Of a DNA stretch of 64,000 bases, positions 29,725 to 38,871 are shown piece by piece. The stretch is from Phycisphaerae bacterium (GTDB lineage Bacteria > Planctomycetota > Phycisphaerae > UBA1845): positions 1,952,001-2,016,000 of the forward strand of contig CAXXGO010000001.1 in assembly GCA_963666835.2 (NCBI GenBank). Reading direction: 5' to 3'. The notes beneath the pieces are model-generated. The model made no database searches. It had not been told where the DNA came from and saw nothing but the letters and a program-made list of their open reading frames with translations. The position numbers were made by a program, and so were the translations under genes. Positions within the stretch are counted from its first letter, which is position 1, and each line of letters begins with the position of its first letter.

Positions 29725-30336
29725 CTACTCGTTGGCGCGGGTGACCACGAACTCGCCGTAGTCGTCTCCGCACTCGATTGCCTTCGTTTGAGTGCACTGG
29801 AAGGTGCGCAGGCCGGTCTTGCCGGTTGGGTCGTACTCGCCGCCGTATGCCAGATCCATAAAGGCTGCACACACGCCGCGAATCATATACGCGCTCGGTT
29901 TCGTCGAACGCCCATAGGAAACTACGTCTGATTCGTAGTAGTCGTAGGCTCGAACCACCATCCGCTCGTTCGGGATGAGTTCGACGATCTCGCTCTTGGC
30001 CCACCCCCACGCGGTGAAGACCGCGAAGGCCCCGTGGAGGACATCCTCGGGGGCTTTTTCGATCTGCGGGGCGACCATGGCCTTCCATTCATCGGAGGTG
30101 ATGATGCCGTAGCCAGTGTGATACCCGCATTCGTGGGCCGCGTTAACGAGGAGCCACTCCGCGGCCTCGAGCGTGTCGTCGTCGACGCTGCGCGTGAGGC
30201 GCTCGGCGAAGCCGTTCCAGAACTTCCCGGGAAGCTGGGTGACGAAGACATTGAATGCCGGGACGAGCCCTTCGTCGTTTGCCACCGCCCGGACCTGTGA
30301 CATTCCATTGATTACTTGTGTTCGATTGATCGCCAT
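29725..30336 (-). CDS. V4R (4-vinyl reductase)-like domain protein
   Basis: TAWGWAK, YMIRGVCAAF, C-terminal QTKAIECGDDYGEFVV; GGAG RBS. Confidence 0.75.
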   Translation of the reverse strand: MAINRTQVINGMSQVRAVANDEGLVPAFNVFVTQLPGKFWNGFAERLTRSVDDDTLEAAEWLLVNAAHECGYHTGYGIITSDEWKAMVAPQIEKAPEDVLHGAFAVFTAWGWAKSEIVELIPNERMVVRAYDYYESDVVSYGRSTKPSAYMIRGVCAAFMDLAYGGEYDPTGKTGLRTFQCTQTKAIECGDDYGEFVVTRANE

Positions 30337-30352
30337 AATCGAGTCTCTCCTG

Positions 30353-30889
30353 TTAGAGGGTCACTGCCCGGAACAGTGAACGTTGGTCGCCCTTTACAAT
30401 GCTCTCCGTTTCAGCAACGGTGTACGATCGCCGTGGCTTGCCGAAGATGGCTGCCAACATTCCGGCGATGTATCCCCGCGTGATGAAGTTGATGGCCTTC
30501 TTGGACTTGCCCCACTTCTTGATCCAACCTTCGTCAATGTGGGAGTGGAGCAATTCGATCTCGCCACCCTCTACGCCGACGCACTGGGTTCGCAGTTGCC
30601 CCAGGCCGGTAACGGAGTAGTACTGTTCTGCGATGGTAATACGCGTGTTGGTGTCCTGGACGTCATACTCTCGGTAATACCGAGACAGCTCATCGTAGAA
30701 GGTGTCTTCCGCGACGTCGGCGAGCAACTTCTTGCCGTCGAGCATCCCGCAGTCATCAGCAAGCTGCGAGTACAGTGTGGCATAGTGATGACAGTGGAGT
30801 ACGTAGACCTCGCCGTTGATGTAGTGGCGGCAGGCTTTCGGGTCAAACCTGTGGTCGAGCTGGATTCCAGCTTGTTCCATTACTGGCAT
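30353..30889 (-). CDS. V4R-like domain protein with an HCHHY motif
   Basis: TGLGQL, FITRGYIAG, ETESIVKGD..SLF; AAGGA RBS. Confidence 0.75.
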   Translation of the reverse strand: MPVMEQAGIQLDHRFDPKACRHYINGEVYVLHCHHYATLYSQLADDCGMLDGKKLLADVAEDTFYDELSRYYREYDVQDTNTRITIAEQYYSVTGLGQLRTQCVGVEGGEIELLHSHIDEGWIKKWGKSKKAINFITRGYIAGMLAAIFGKPRRSYTVAETESIVKGDQRSLFRAVTL

Positions 30890-30905
30890 TTTCGGTCCTT
30901 CCTTT

Positions 30906-31097
30906 CTAGACCATGGTGGCCTCTTTGCCGGTGAGTTCCTTGATAGCGGCCTTGAGCTTCTGGATGTTCTCGGGGGAGTCCGGAGTGTCGGCCGCCTTCG
31001 CCGACATCAGACCAGTCTTCATCGCTAACCTCGTCTTGACTGTGACGCCGCCGGCTTGTTCGGCAAACTTGTACAGTTGAACTAGTTTCTGTCCCAT
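30906..31097 (-). CDS. Small hypothetical protein (63 aa, MGQKLVQLYK...)
   Basis: GGAG RBS before ATG 31097; fills the operon gap; helical, protein-like composition. Confidence 0.8.
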   Translation of the reverse strand: MGQKLVQLYKFAEQAGGVTVKTRLAMKTGLMSAKAADTPDSPENIQKLKAAIKELTGKEATMV

Positions 31098-31135
31098 AAC
31101 AAAAGGTCTCCGTGTGAAAGCACGTGTTCCTAATC

Positions 31136-31441
31136 CTAAATGGCGGTACCTGTTTCGTTTATCGTACGAATCAAGTCGCCGAATTCGTTCTGAATCTCCT
31201 CCTTTCCTTGCTTGGGGAAGATCGCTTGGCAGTTGTCTTCGCCTTCGACCCCTTTGACGTGTAGTCCGCGGTGTCCGCACACGCGGAAGAACGGGCGCGG
31301 AAAATCCGCGAAGTATTCGAGGTCACCGAGAGCTTTGAGGCCCATGATGGCGTCGCGTGTCCACGGTGTGTCAAACCAGTAGCGATACACGCTGCTACCA
31401 TCGAAGCAATCCTCGACCTTCTTCACTTGGACAATGCGCAT
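31136..31441 (-). CDS. Hypothetical protein (101 aa, EDCFDG motif)
   Basis: Overlaps the end of the desulfurase gene; co-oriented within the operon. Confidence 0.75.
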   Translation of the reverse strand: MRIVQVKKVEDCFDGSSVYRYWFDTPWTRDAIMGLKALGDLEYFADFPRPFFRVCGHRGLHVKGVEGEDNCQAIFPKQGKEEIQNEFGDLIRTINETGTAI

Positions 31442-32673
31442 GCCGTTAACTGACTCACCGCTGCGAGTCCCTGCTCGAGGTCCTCGTCTCGGTTGAAACC
31501 TGAAACACTGAATCGGATCGTTCCCGCCGGCGCACTACCGATGGCTGCGTGGATAAGCGGGGCGCAGTGCAGGCCCGTCCGGCAGACAATGCCGAAGCTC
31601 TCCTCGAGAACGGATCCCGCTTCATCGACACTCCAACCGTCAACACAGAACGAAGTCGCGCCGATTCGACGCTCGGCGATCCGGGGGTCGAACAGATGGA
31701 CTCCAGGCAACTTCGCAAGCTCGTGGCGGAGGTGGACGGCCAGTTGGTTCTGCCTGGCTCGAAACGGCTCGCCGTGCTGTTCCAGCCAACGCAACGCCGC
31801 CGCAAGTCCGGCTAGAGCGGGGACGTTCGGAGTTCCGGCCTCGAGTCGTGTCGGCATTTCAGCAGGGTGTAAGGCTAGATCGCTACGGACTCCGGTACCG
31901 CCGACAAACTCCTGGCGAAGCGTAAGGTGTGGCGTAACATACAGGGCGCCTGTTCCGGGAGGGCCGTGCAGGCCTTTATGTCCTGTGAAAGCTACCAGGT
32001 CAGCATGCAATGTTACGGGGTGGACGTCGACTGCCCCGATGGACTGCGAGGCATCCAAGAGCGTTAGGGCTCCGGCCGCCTTCGCCTTGGCGAACAGAGA
32101 AGCTACATCGTTCAGCCGCCCCGTTACGTTGGATGCATGGTTGATAGCGACGAGTGCCGGTTGATCGGCCAACGCTCGGTCGAACGCGTCAAGGTCAAGC
32201 GATCCGGTTTGATCCAGACCTATGACTGAGACTCGAACCCCGCGGTTTTGCTGAAGATGGTTGATGGGTCGTAGAACCGAGTTGTGTTCCGTAACCGTTG
32301 TGACGACATGTGCGTTCTGTCCCAGGTCGACCCCGGCGAAGGCGAGGTTAAGGGCGTGTGTCGCGTGCATGGTCAAGACGATGCGCGCGGGGTCATCGAC
32401 CTTCAGAAGTGACGCAAGTCGGTGACGACATTCAGTTACTACGTCCTCGACGCGCCCGACCGTCCGGCCCGGGTGTGTCGGGATCTCTGTTAAGGCTTCC
32501 GTTACGGCTTCTACTACGCCGGGCGCGCGCGGCCATCCTGTTGCTGCCGCGTTAAGGTATACCCTTCCTTTGGGATCATCGCGGAGTCTCTCAGGGGCAT
32601 TACTTGTGGTGGTGCGGAGTGGCTCGGCCGATGCCGCCAATATGTCACTTGAATCCTGTCCGATTGTGCTCAC
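31423..32673 (-). CDS. Cysteine desulfurase-family (class V PLP-dependent) enzyme
   Basis: YLNAAAT.WP, EHNSVLRP, HASNVTG, DASQS, GHKGL.GP.GTG (PLP Lys), EAGTPN, RTGLHCAP (catalytic Cys). Confidence 0.93.
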   Translation of the reverse strand: MSTIGQDSSDILAASAEPLRTTTSNAPERLRDDPKGRVYLNAAATGWPRAPGVVEAVTEALTEIPTHPGRTVGRVEDVVTECRHRLASLLKVDDPARIVLTMHATHALNLAFAGVDLGQNAHVVTTVTEHNSVLRPINHLQQNRGVRVSVIGLDQTGSLDLDAFDRALADQPALVAINHASNVTGRLNDVASLFAKAKAAGALTLLDASQSIGAVDVHPVTLHADLVAFTGHKGLHGPPGTGALYVTPHLTLRQEFVGGTGVRSDLALHPAEMPTRLEAGTPNVPALAGLAAALRWLEQHGEPFRARQNQLAVHLRHELAKLPGVHLFDPRIAERRIGATSFCVDGWSVDEAGSVLEESFGIVCRTGLHCAPLIHAAIGSAPAGTIRFSVSGFNRDEDLEQGLAAVSQLTACALSK

Positions 32674-33062
32674 CTCGCGTGGTCCGCTGGAAGCGGTCTA
32701 GTCCTGGGTCGATGTTCATCGAGGGATCCGGCCGGAACGATGCGCCACCGTTCCATCCTTGGCTCAGCCGCAATCGATCGGGGGTCGCGTGATTTCTCTC
32801 GGATGCCGGTTCGAGCTACTTTAGTTGCGGTAGCGCATGGGGCGTTGGCTTCGGAACCTGTGTTGAAGTGAAGGAGATAGTCGTGCCGCGTTCCCGCTTT
32901 TTCGTTCGCGGCACGCTGCAACTTAACGCCGATGCGCAGAACGAACCATCCGCCCGTCCACCGGTTCGGAGGGTCCGGAATGCCCGATAAACAACTGGCT
33001 GCCGGATCATCTGAGATGCGCTCTGGCGAGAGCGTTGCGATCCACAGCCTGAGTTCCCGAGC

Positions 33063-33593
33063 CTAGCGGTCCAGAAGCAGAGAGAATCCTAGGCTCGTTC
33101 TTCCGTAGTATCCTCCGTGAGTGCCGACACGAAGCATCCAACCATCATGTCGTCGACCGGAGGGACGGCAGTGTCTGACCCAGCACCCGTGGAAGCGACT
33201 TCGCGAGGCGGGTACACACCGGCGGTAGTCGCCGAGACCGAAGTACGGGGCTGCGTTGATATGTAGGACCTTCCGCGGTGCGCATCGCGTGGTGCGATAG
33301 ACAACCGGCCTGGTGAAGCTGACGCAAGTTGACGACCGCGCAACCTGTCTGGCTCGGCCGCCCGAGCGGGCATACGTGCGACCGTATGCAGTGTATCTTG
33401 AGTCTGCGGTGTGCCCGCGGGCTGTTGTCGTTTGCCCTTGCGGTCGTTCATAGATGATCGGGGCCGGGAGAACCGCCGGAGTGTCGGCGTAGTGCGGGGA
33501 TGGTTCGGCGAACGACTCCGCACCTGTGGCCCCCAGGATGCTCGTCGCCGCAAACGCGGCAAGCAGGGCGCGGTACGAGGCTTGAATGGACAT
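33063..33593 (-). CDS. Hypothetical secreted Arg/Tyr-rich protein
   Basis: GGAG RBS before ATG 33593; signal-peptide-like N-terminus; no recognisable domain. Confidence 0.5.
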   Translation of the reverse strand: MSIQASYRALLAAFAATSILGATGAESFAEPSPHYADTPAVLPAPIIYERPQGQTTTARGHTADSRYTAYGRTYARSGGRARQVARSSTCVSFTRPVVYRTTRCAPRKVLHINAAPYFGLGDYRRCVPASRSRFHGCWVRHCRPSGRRHDGWMLRVGTHGGYYGRTSLGFSLLLDR

Positions 33594-34166
33594 CTCAGGC
33601 TCTCCGTTGATTCTCACAGATCTTCGGTGCCAAACCCACGCTATCACGGAACTCGCCCGGGAGGTGGCCGGATGGCATCCGTGCTAATAGACAACCGTCG
33701 TCCGGCGACGTTAGGGTCCGATAGTCGAAGCGGGGTGGAAGGTGGGAGATTGGGTGCCCATCGCCCGGCGCGGCGAATGGCAACGGCCTAATGGGTCGGT
33801 GGTTGCGTGTCCCATTCCAACGTCCAACACCACCTCGCCGCTTAAGAGGGTTTACCCGCAAGGCTGTCCTCCAGGGCGAGTCCGGAAGCGGACTCATGGT
33901 CATCTCAGGCGGTCGCTGCCGCGACCGGCGGCGTACACGCGCTTCGGCGATCATCCCCCGCAAGACTTGCTATCGCCTCGCAGAGTGCTACCATGGTTTT
34001 GGGCCGTGGTTCGTATCCTCGTCTGCAGGGGGCAGGTGAGGGTTGCGCCTTATTCGCGGTCGCGTCGAAATTGTCTTGACGGGCACGGGCGCGCGAGCCA
34101 TCATCAAGGAAAGAAGATCCTGCATTGCGCACGGGTCCTGCGCTTCATCCAAGGAGGGATGCTCTC

Positions 34167-37100
34167 ATGCTAGTTCACCGCTCGAATCTTGTTGTTATCG
34201 CAGTGGTCTGTCTGACGCGTGGCCCGGCTCGGGCTGATAGCGAGGCATGTTGCATCGAAGGAGGGGAGTGTATCGATGTGCCGGCGTTTGTGTGCATGGA
34301 CGAGTCGGGGACTCCGCAGGGCATCGGTACATACTGCCTGGGCGATAACGATGACCCGCCTAACGGTATCGATGACGCGTGCGAGGAAGCCGAAACCGAG
34401 GCCTGCTGCTACGGTGACCGGCTCTGTGTCGACGTAGTGCCGGCTGAATGCGCCGGCGAGTTTGAAGGTGATTCGATGGGCCCCGGAACCGCGTGTGGGG
34501 TGGACGAGAACGAGAACGGGATTGACGATGTGTGCGAAGGTGGTCTGGTGGAGGCGCGTTGGCTCGGCGGGAGCGGCGACTACCGGGATTCCGCCAAATG
34601 GGATGTCGGTGCGATCCCGTGCAACGCTGGCGGAGGGACGTATCTCGCAACGATCGATGTTGCTGATTCCGACGTGACGATCGACGCGGCGAGTTGTGAA
34701 GTGAAATCACTCACTATTGCTCATGACACCATTTTGACAGTAAGCGCGGCGGCGGAGTACACGGTGTTGGCGTCATCGGAGATTCACGGTACCCTCCAGG
34801 TGGATACGGCGACGTTTGAGAGTGACACATCCACGAATATCGACGGGGCTGACGTCCTCGTGAACAACGGCGTCGCGCAGTTGTTGGGCGCCGTAAGTTA
34901 CGCCCACGATGCCGCCGGAGACGGAGACGGCCGGACCCTCGCGGCGACGGGGACGACTGCTCTGCTGGATATGGTGTCCGTTACATCGATGACCCAAAGC
35001 CCGGTCGGAGGCCCTTTGGACGCGGCGGTGAAGATCCATGCATCCGCCGGGGGGCTGATCGATCTGGGCAGCCTGGTGACCATCGCCGGGGGGGCGACGG
35101 AAATCATGGCTACCGGAACCGACAGCCGGGTGGCACTATCGTTGTTGACCAGCATTATGGACACGAATCCCGGGACGGCATCGGTGATCCAGGCGACCCA
35201 GGGCGGACAAGTGAGCCTATCCAATCTGCTCGCCCTCGATGCGGTGAACCTCTTGTTCGACGGCACCGGAACGATGAGCACGCCGCTTATGACCACCTAC
35301 ACCAACGGGCTGGCGACGATCAGCGGGGGGGCGGCGGATCTGAGTGCCGTAACCAACGCGGCCGCAAGTACGTTCGAGGTCTCGGCCGGTTCGCTCGATC
35401 TGAGCAGTGCCGTCAATCTGACCGCAGGACGCGTGCGCGTGCACGGCTTAGCAACGGCCGATCTATCCAGTGCGTCGCAGATTGACAATGCCGGGTTCCA
35501 CGCCGTCACCGGGGCGACCCTTGCTGTGCCCGTTGCGACCACGTACGCGCATCATGCCGAATCCGACGGAGATGAGGTTACGTTCGAGGCAAGCGGTTCG
35601 GGCGGTTCCTTGGGCTTTGCGGTGTTGGGTGGAATAAGCCAGACGCACTCGGGCACGCCGGCCGGCTCGGCCCTGGTGCTACGCGCCACCGGGGGCGGGA
35701 CTTTGGACCTCGGCGCGGTCGGAACCATTACCGGAGGCGCGACCGAGATCCTCGCCTCCGGCACGTCAAGCGTTGTCGATCTTTCCGCGTTGACCGGCTT
35801 GACCGTGACCAACCCGGGTACCGCGTCTTCGATTTCGGCCCTCGCGGGCGGTTCCGTTCTTATAGGCAATGTTGCGGCCCTGACCCGTGTTGATGTTACC
35901 ATCGGCAGTGACAGCCAGGTGACCCTCTCAGATCCTTTCGTGTTGACTGAAGCGTCGCTGAGTTACGGCGGCGGGAATCTCAGCCCGACGGACGTCGCGG
36001 TGGTGGATGGCGGGTTGACGCTTGGCTCGGAGGCTACCGCCGCCAAGACCTTCCGTTTGTTGGGAACCAGCGAGTTCGCCGGCGACGTCGCGAGTGCTCA
36101 GCAGGTTCTGGTGCTCGGTGATGACCACGGTGATGCCACGGTGTCAGTTGCCGAGGGGTTCACGAATGCCGGGCAGGTGGTCGTCCGCTCGGACGACCCG
36201 GGGCACAGTTCGAGCCTGCTGGTCCTCAACGGTTCTCTGACGAACCTGGATGGTGGCGCGGTCTCAGTTTCTCCGGGGCAGGGGCCGGGGGTTGTACTGG
36301 GGGCCGAGATGGAAAACTACGGCAGCGTGTCGATCGCCACGGTCTCGGGAGCCGGTGCGGAGCTTGGCCGAAGCGGTGCAGCGCACTGTAACCAGGGACT
36401 GTTCGAGTTGGTGGGCGCCTTCGATATGCCGTTGGAGTTGATTGGAGACTCGTTCACTAATGACGTCGGCGGCGAGATCGCCGGCCACGGCTCGATCGAT
36501 GTCCGAGCTCTTGCGTTTAGCAACGACGGGTCGATCAGCCCGGGTACGCCGGGGAGCGCGGCGGGCAGCGGGACTGCAGCCGCGGCCTCGGAGATCGGAG
36601 CGCTTGAGTTCATTGGGGACTACTCGCAGAGCGCCTCCGGGGTGATGAAGGTCGAGATAGGCGGGCTCCAGGGTGGCGAGGACTTTGATTCGATTGAGGT
36701 GACCGGGCAGATTTCCCTGGCAGGAGAACTTGAGGTGGCTCTCGTGGGCGGGTTTGATCCCCCGAGCGGTACGGACTACGAGATCGTCGCGGGCGGGTCG
36801 GTCGTAGGGGAGTTCGATACTTCAACGCTGCCGGAATTAGGGTCTCCCCGGTGCCTGGCCGTTACCTACGCTCCTAATTCCGTGACCGTCGTATCGAGAG
36901 AGATAGGGATTGAGGCTCATCCGGCTGGGCAGGATGTCTGCGAGGACGACCGTGTAACGCTGTCAGTTACTCCAGTGGGGGCGGGTCCTTTCGAATACCT
37001 CTGGTACAAGAACGGGACGGTCGTTCCGGTTGCGGGCGCGCAAGAGCTGGTTCTGGATCCGGCGACGCTTGCGGATGAAGGAAGCTACACGGTCTCGGTC

Positions 37101-37604
37101 TCCAATGTGTGCGGAACCGTGACAAGCGATCCTGCAGATCTGGTCGTGCGGGCCCTGCCGAGGATCGTCGAGCAGCCCACCGGACGGGCAGTTTGCGAGG
37201 GTGCCCCGGTGGAGTTGTCCGTCATTGCGACGGGCGAGGAGCCGTTGCGGTTCCAGTGGCGTCACGATGGCCTGGACATTCCCAACGCCCGTGATGCTGC
37301 GTACTCGATCGATTGGGCCGGTTCGGAGGATGCCGGCGAGTATGAGGTGTTGGTCAGCAATTCATGCGCTGAGATTACGAGCGAAAGAGCCTTATTGACT
37401 GTCATAATTCCGCTATGGGGCGATTTAAATCGTGATTGTGCTACCGATTTGGACGACTACGCGGTGCTGGCGGGCTGCTTGTCGGGTCCGGTAGACGCGC
37501 CGCCGTCGGGTTGTACGGCGGCAGACCTTGATCTCAGCGGCGAATCAGTCGACTTGGCCGATTTCGCGGTTTTTCAGGGCGCTTTCGGGCGTACTCCACA
37601 ATAA
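34167..37604 (+). CDS. Large secreted protein: ACC-type Cys-rich repeats, beta-helix-like region, two Ig-like domains, dockerin-like C-terminus
   Basis: AAGGAGG RBS, signal peptide, EACC twice, Y.W.KNG...D.GSY.V.VSN.CG twice, GDLNRD...DLADFAVFQ. Confidence 0.88.
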   Translation: MLVHRSNLVVIAVVCLTRGPARADSEACCIEGGECIDVPAFVCMDESGTPQGIGTYCLGDNDDPPNGIDDACEEAETEACCYGDRLCVDVVPAECAGEFEGDSMGPGTACGVDENENGIDDVCEGGLVEARWLGGSGDYRDSAKWDVGAIPCNAGGGTYLATIDVADSDVTIDAASCEVKSLTIAHDTILTVSAAAEYTVLASSEIHGTLQVDTATFESDTSTNIDGADVLVNNGVAQLLGAVSYAHDAAGDGDGRTLAATGTTALLDMVSVTSMTQSPVGGPLDAAVKIHASAGGLIDLGSLVTIAGGATEIMATGTDSRVALSLLTSIMDTNPGTASVIQATQGGQVSLSNLLALDAVNLLFDGTGTMSTPLMTTYTNGLATISGGAADLSAVTNAAASTFEVSAGSLDLSSAVNLTAGRVRVHGLATADLSSASQIDNAGFHAVTGATLAVPVATTYAHHAESDGDEVTFEASGSGGSLGFAVLGGISQTHSGTPAGSALVLRATGGGTLDLGAVGTITGGATEILASGTSSVVDLSALTGLTVTNPGTASSISALAGGSVLIGNVAALTRVDVTIGSDSQVTLSDPFVLTEASLSYGGGNLSPTDVAVVDGGLTLGSEATAAKTFRLLGTSEFAGDVASAQQVLVLGDDHGDATVSVAEGFTNAGQVVVRSDDPGHSSSLLVLNGSLTNLDGGAVSVSPGQGPGVVLGAEMENYGSVSIATVSGAGAELGRSGAAHCNQGLFELVGAFDMPLELIGDSFTNDVGGEIAGHGSIDVRALAFSNDGSISPGTPGSAAGSGTAAAASEIGALEFIGDYSQSASGVMKVEIGGLQGGEDFDSIEVTGQISLAGELEVALVGGFDPPSGTDYEIVAGGSVVGEFDTSTLPELGSPRCLAVTYAPNSVTVVSREIGIEAHPAGQDVCEDDRVTLSVTPVGAGPFEYLWYKNGTVVPVAGAQELVLDPATLADEGSYTVSVSNVCGTVTSDPADLVVRALPRIVEQPTGRAVCEGAPVELSVIATGEEPLRFQWRHDGLDIPNARDAAYSIDWAGSEDAGEYEVLVSNSCAEITSERALLTVIIPLWGDLNRDCATDLDDYAVLAGCLSGPVDAPPSGCTAADLDLSGESVDLADFAVFQGAFGRTPQ

Positions 37605-38871
37605 CGCGCGTACACTACTCGATTCACACGCAGCGAAGCCGAAGGCATGAGGATCGTGCGCTAGACACGAGTGATCTCACGATTGCGGTCTAGAGTGTGG
37701 ATATTTGGAGGGTTGTTTGCGTGGGTGTTTGGGCAAGGAGGCGTACTTGGCCCATCGATCGGAAGATCCATGTGAGTGCGAAATAGTCTCGGCGGCGGGA
37801 AGCACGCTGTTGCGGTAAGCGGCGACGCGAGTACTGATGCCATCGGCTTTGGCGGCCCGGAGAACTTCGTAAGTGGTTTGAGAATCAATGTTTGTGGCTG
37901 GACCTGCGCAGCCGTTGTCGGTGATGGCGGGTAGGCCCCTCTTGAAGGCTATCGCCGTGATGGCGAACAACCTGGGACGGTGCCCCGTTATAAAACCCCT
38001 AAATTAACACGAAGCTGGCTGAAGGAGAATGCCTAAATGGCCATGGGTAATGCGTCTCAGTGCCTGCGCAGGCGGTGTTTGCAGTTGCCCTGGTAACGGG
38101 GCAGGGCGCGCCTTGAGGGCATCTTCCTTGGCCCATGCTTCCTATCATAGTGTTGTCGGATACCGTCGCCTCTCCCGGTCTGCCATGTTCAGATAGCGTC
38201 CGAGATATTTCCCAGCTTATCAGTTTCTTTATGCGGAACGCGCTTCCATCTTACGCGGGATGCTAGTATCATTATGCACGTCAGGTTACTCGGAAGGGTC
38301 GCTCTTTCGGCGCATGTTCGGCATTTTCGGAGTTCGGTCGCGTAGAGTGCTGTCGGATGGTCGGCGTGGGCGTTTCGGTGTCCGTCGTTTCTATGCTGTC
38401 AGCGTGCAGACCCGAGCTCAAGAAGAAATGAGTTTTGGTGTGTTATGGCCTCGCTTGCGTTGGCGTTACGGTATGTGACGTTGATCGGCGAGTCGTGTGA
38501 GTAGCTCAGGTGTAATCCGTCGAGAAGTGTGGATGCACAGTGCATTTCGGCGTTGTTCTACGGGTCGTATGTCTGAAAAGGGCATCTGCATCCGTTCCCG
38601 GCGGTTTGTAGGGAGCAAGGAGAGCAAGCAGTGGCAGTGCGGGATTAGGCAGGTGATCCCGTAGAGACGGTTGGGCGCGCGCGGGCGGAATCCGTTGCGT
38701 AGTGATGAGGCTAGGCGACATCTGGACCTGCGATGGAGTAATGGAGGATTGCGGACGACGTAAAGCGAGGAATACGTTGAGAGACGGTGCCATATATACG
38801 GCATCATAGTTGACGAGGGGTACGACATTTTGTCTGGGAAGTTGACAGAGACATTTCAGAGGAGTGATGAC

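Noticed and set aside
32670..32921. ORF ending in a GTGA overlap with the desulfurase start, as a possible sixth operon gene
   Set aside because: Low-complexity, Arg/Pro-rich translation with no RBS or motif; the overlap may be chance.
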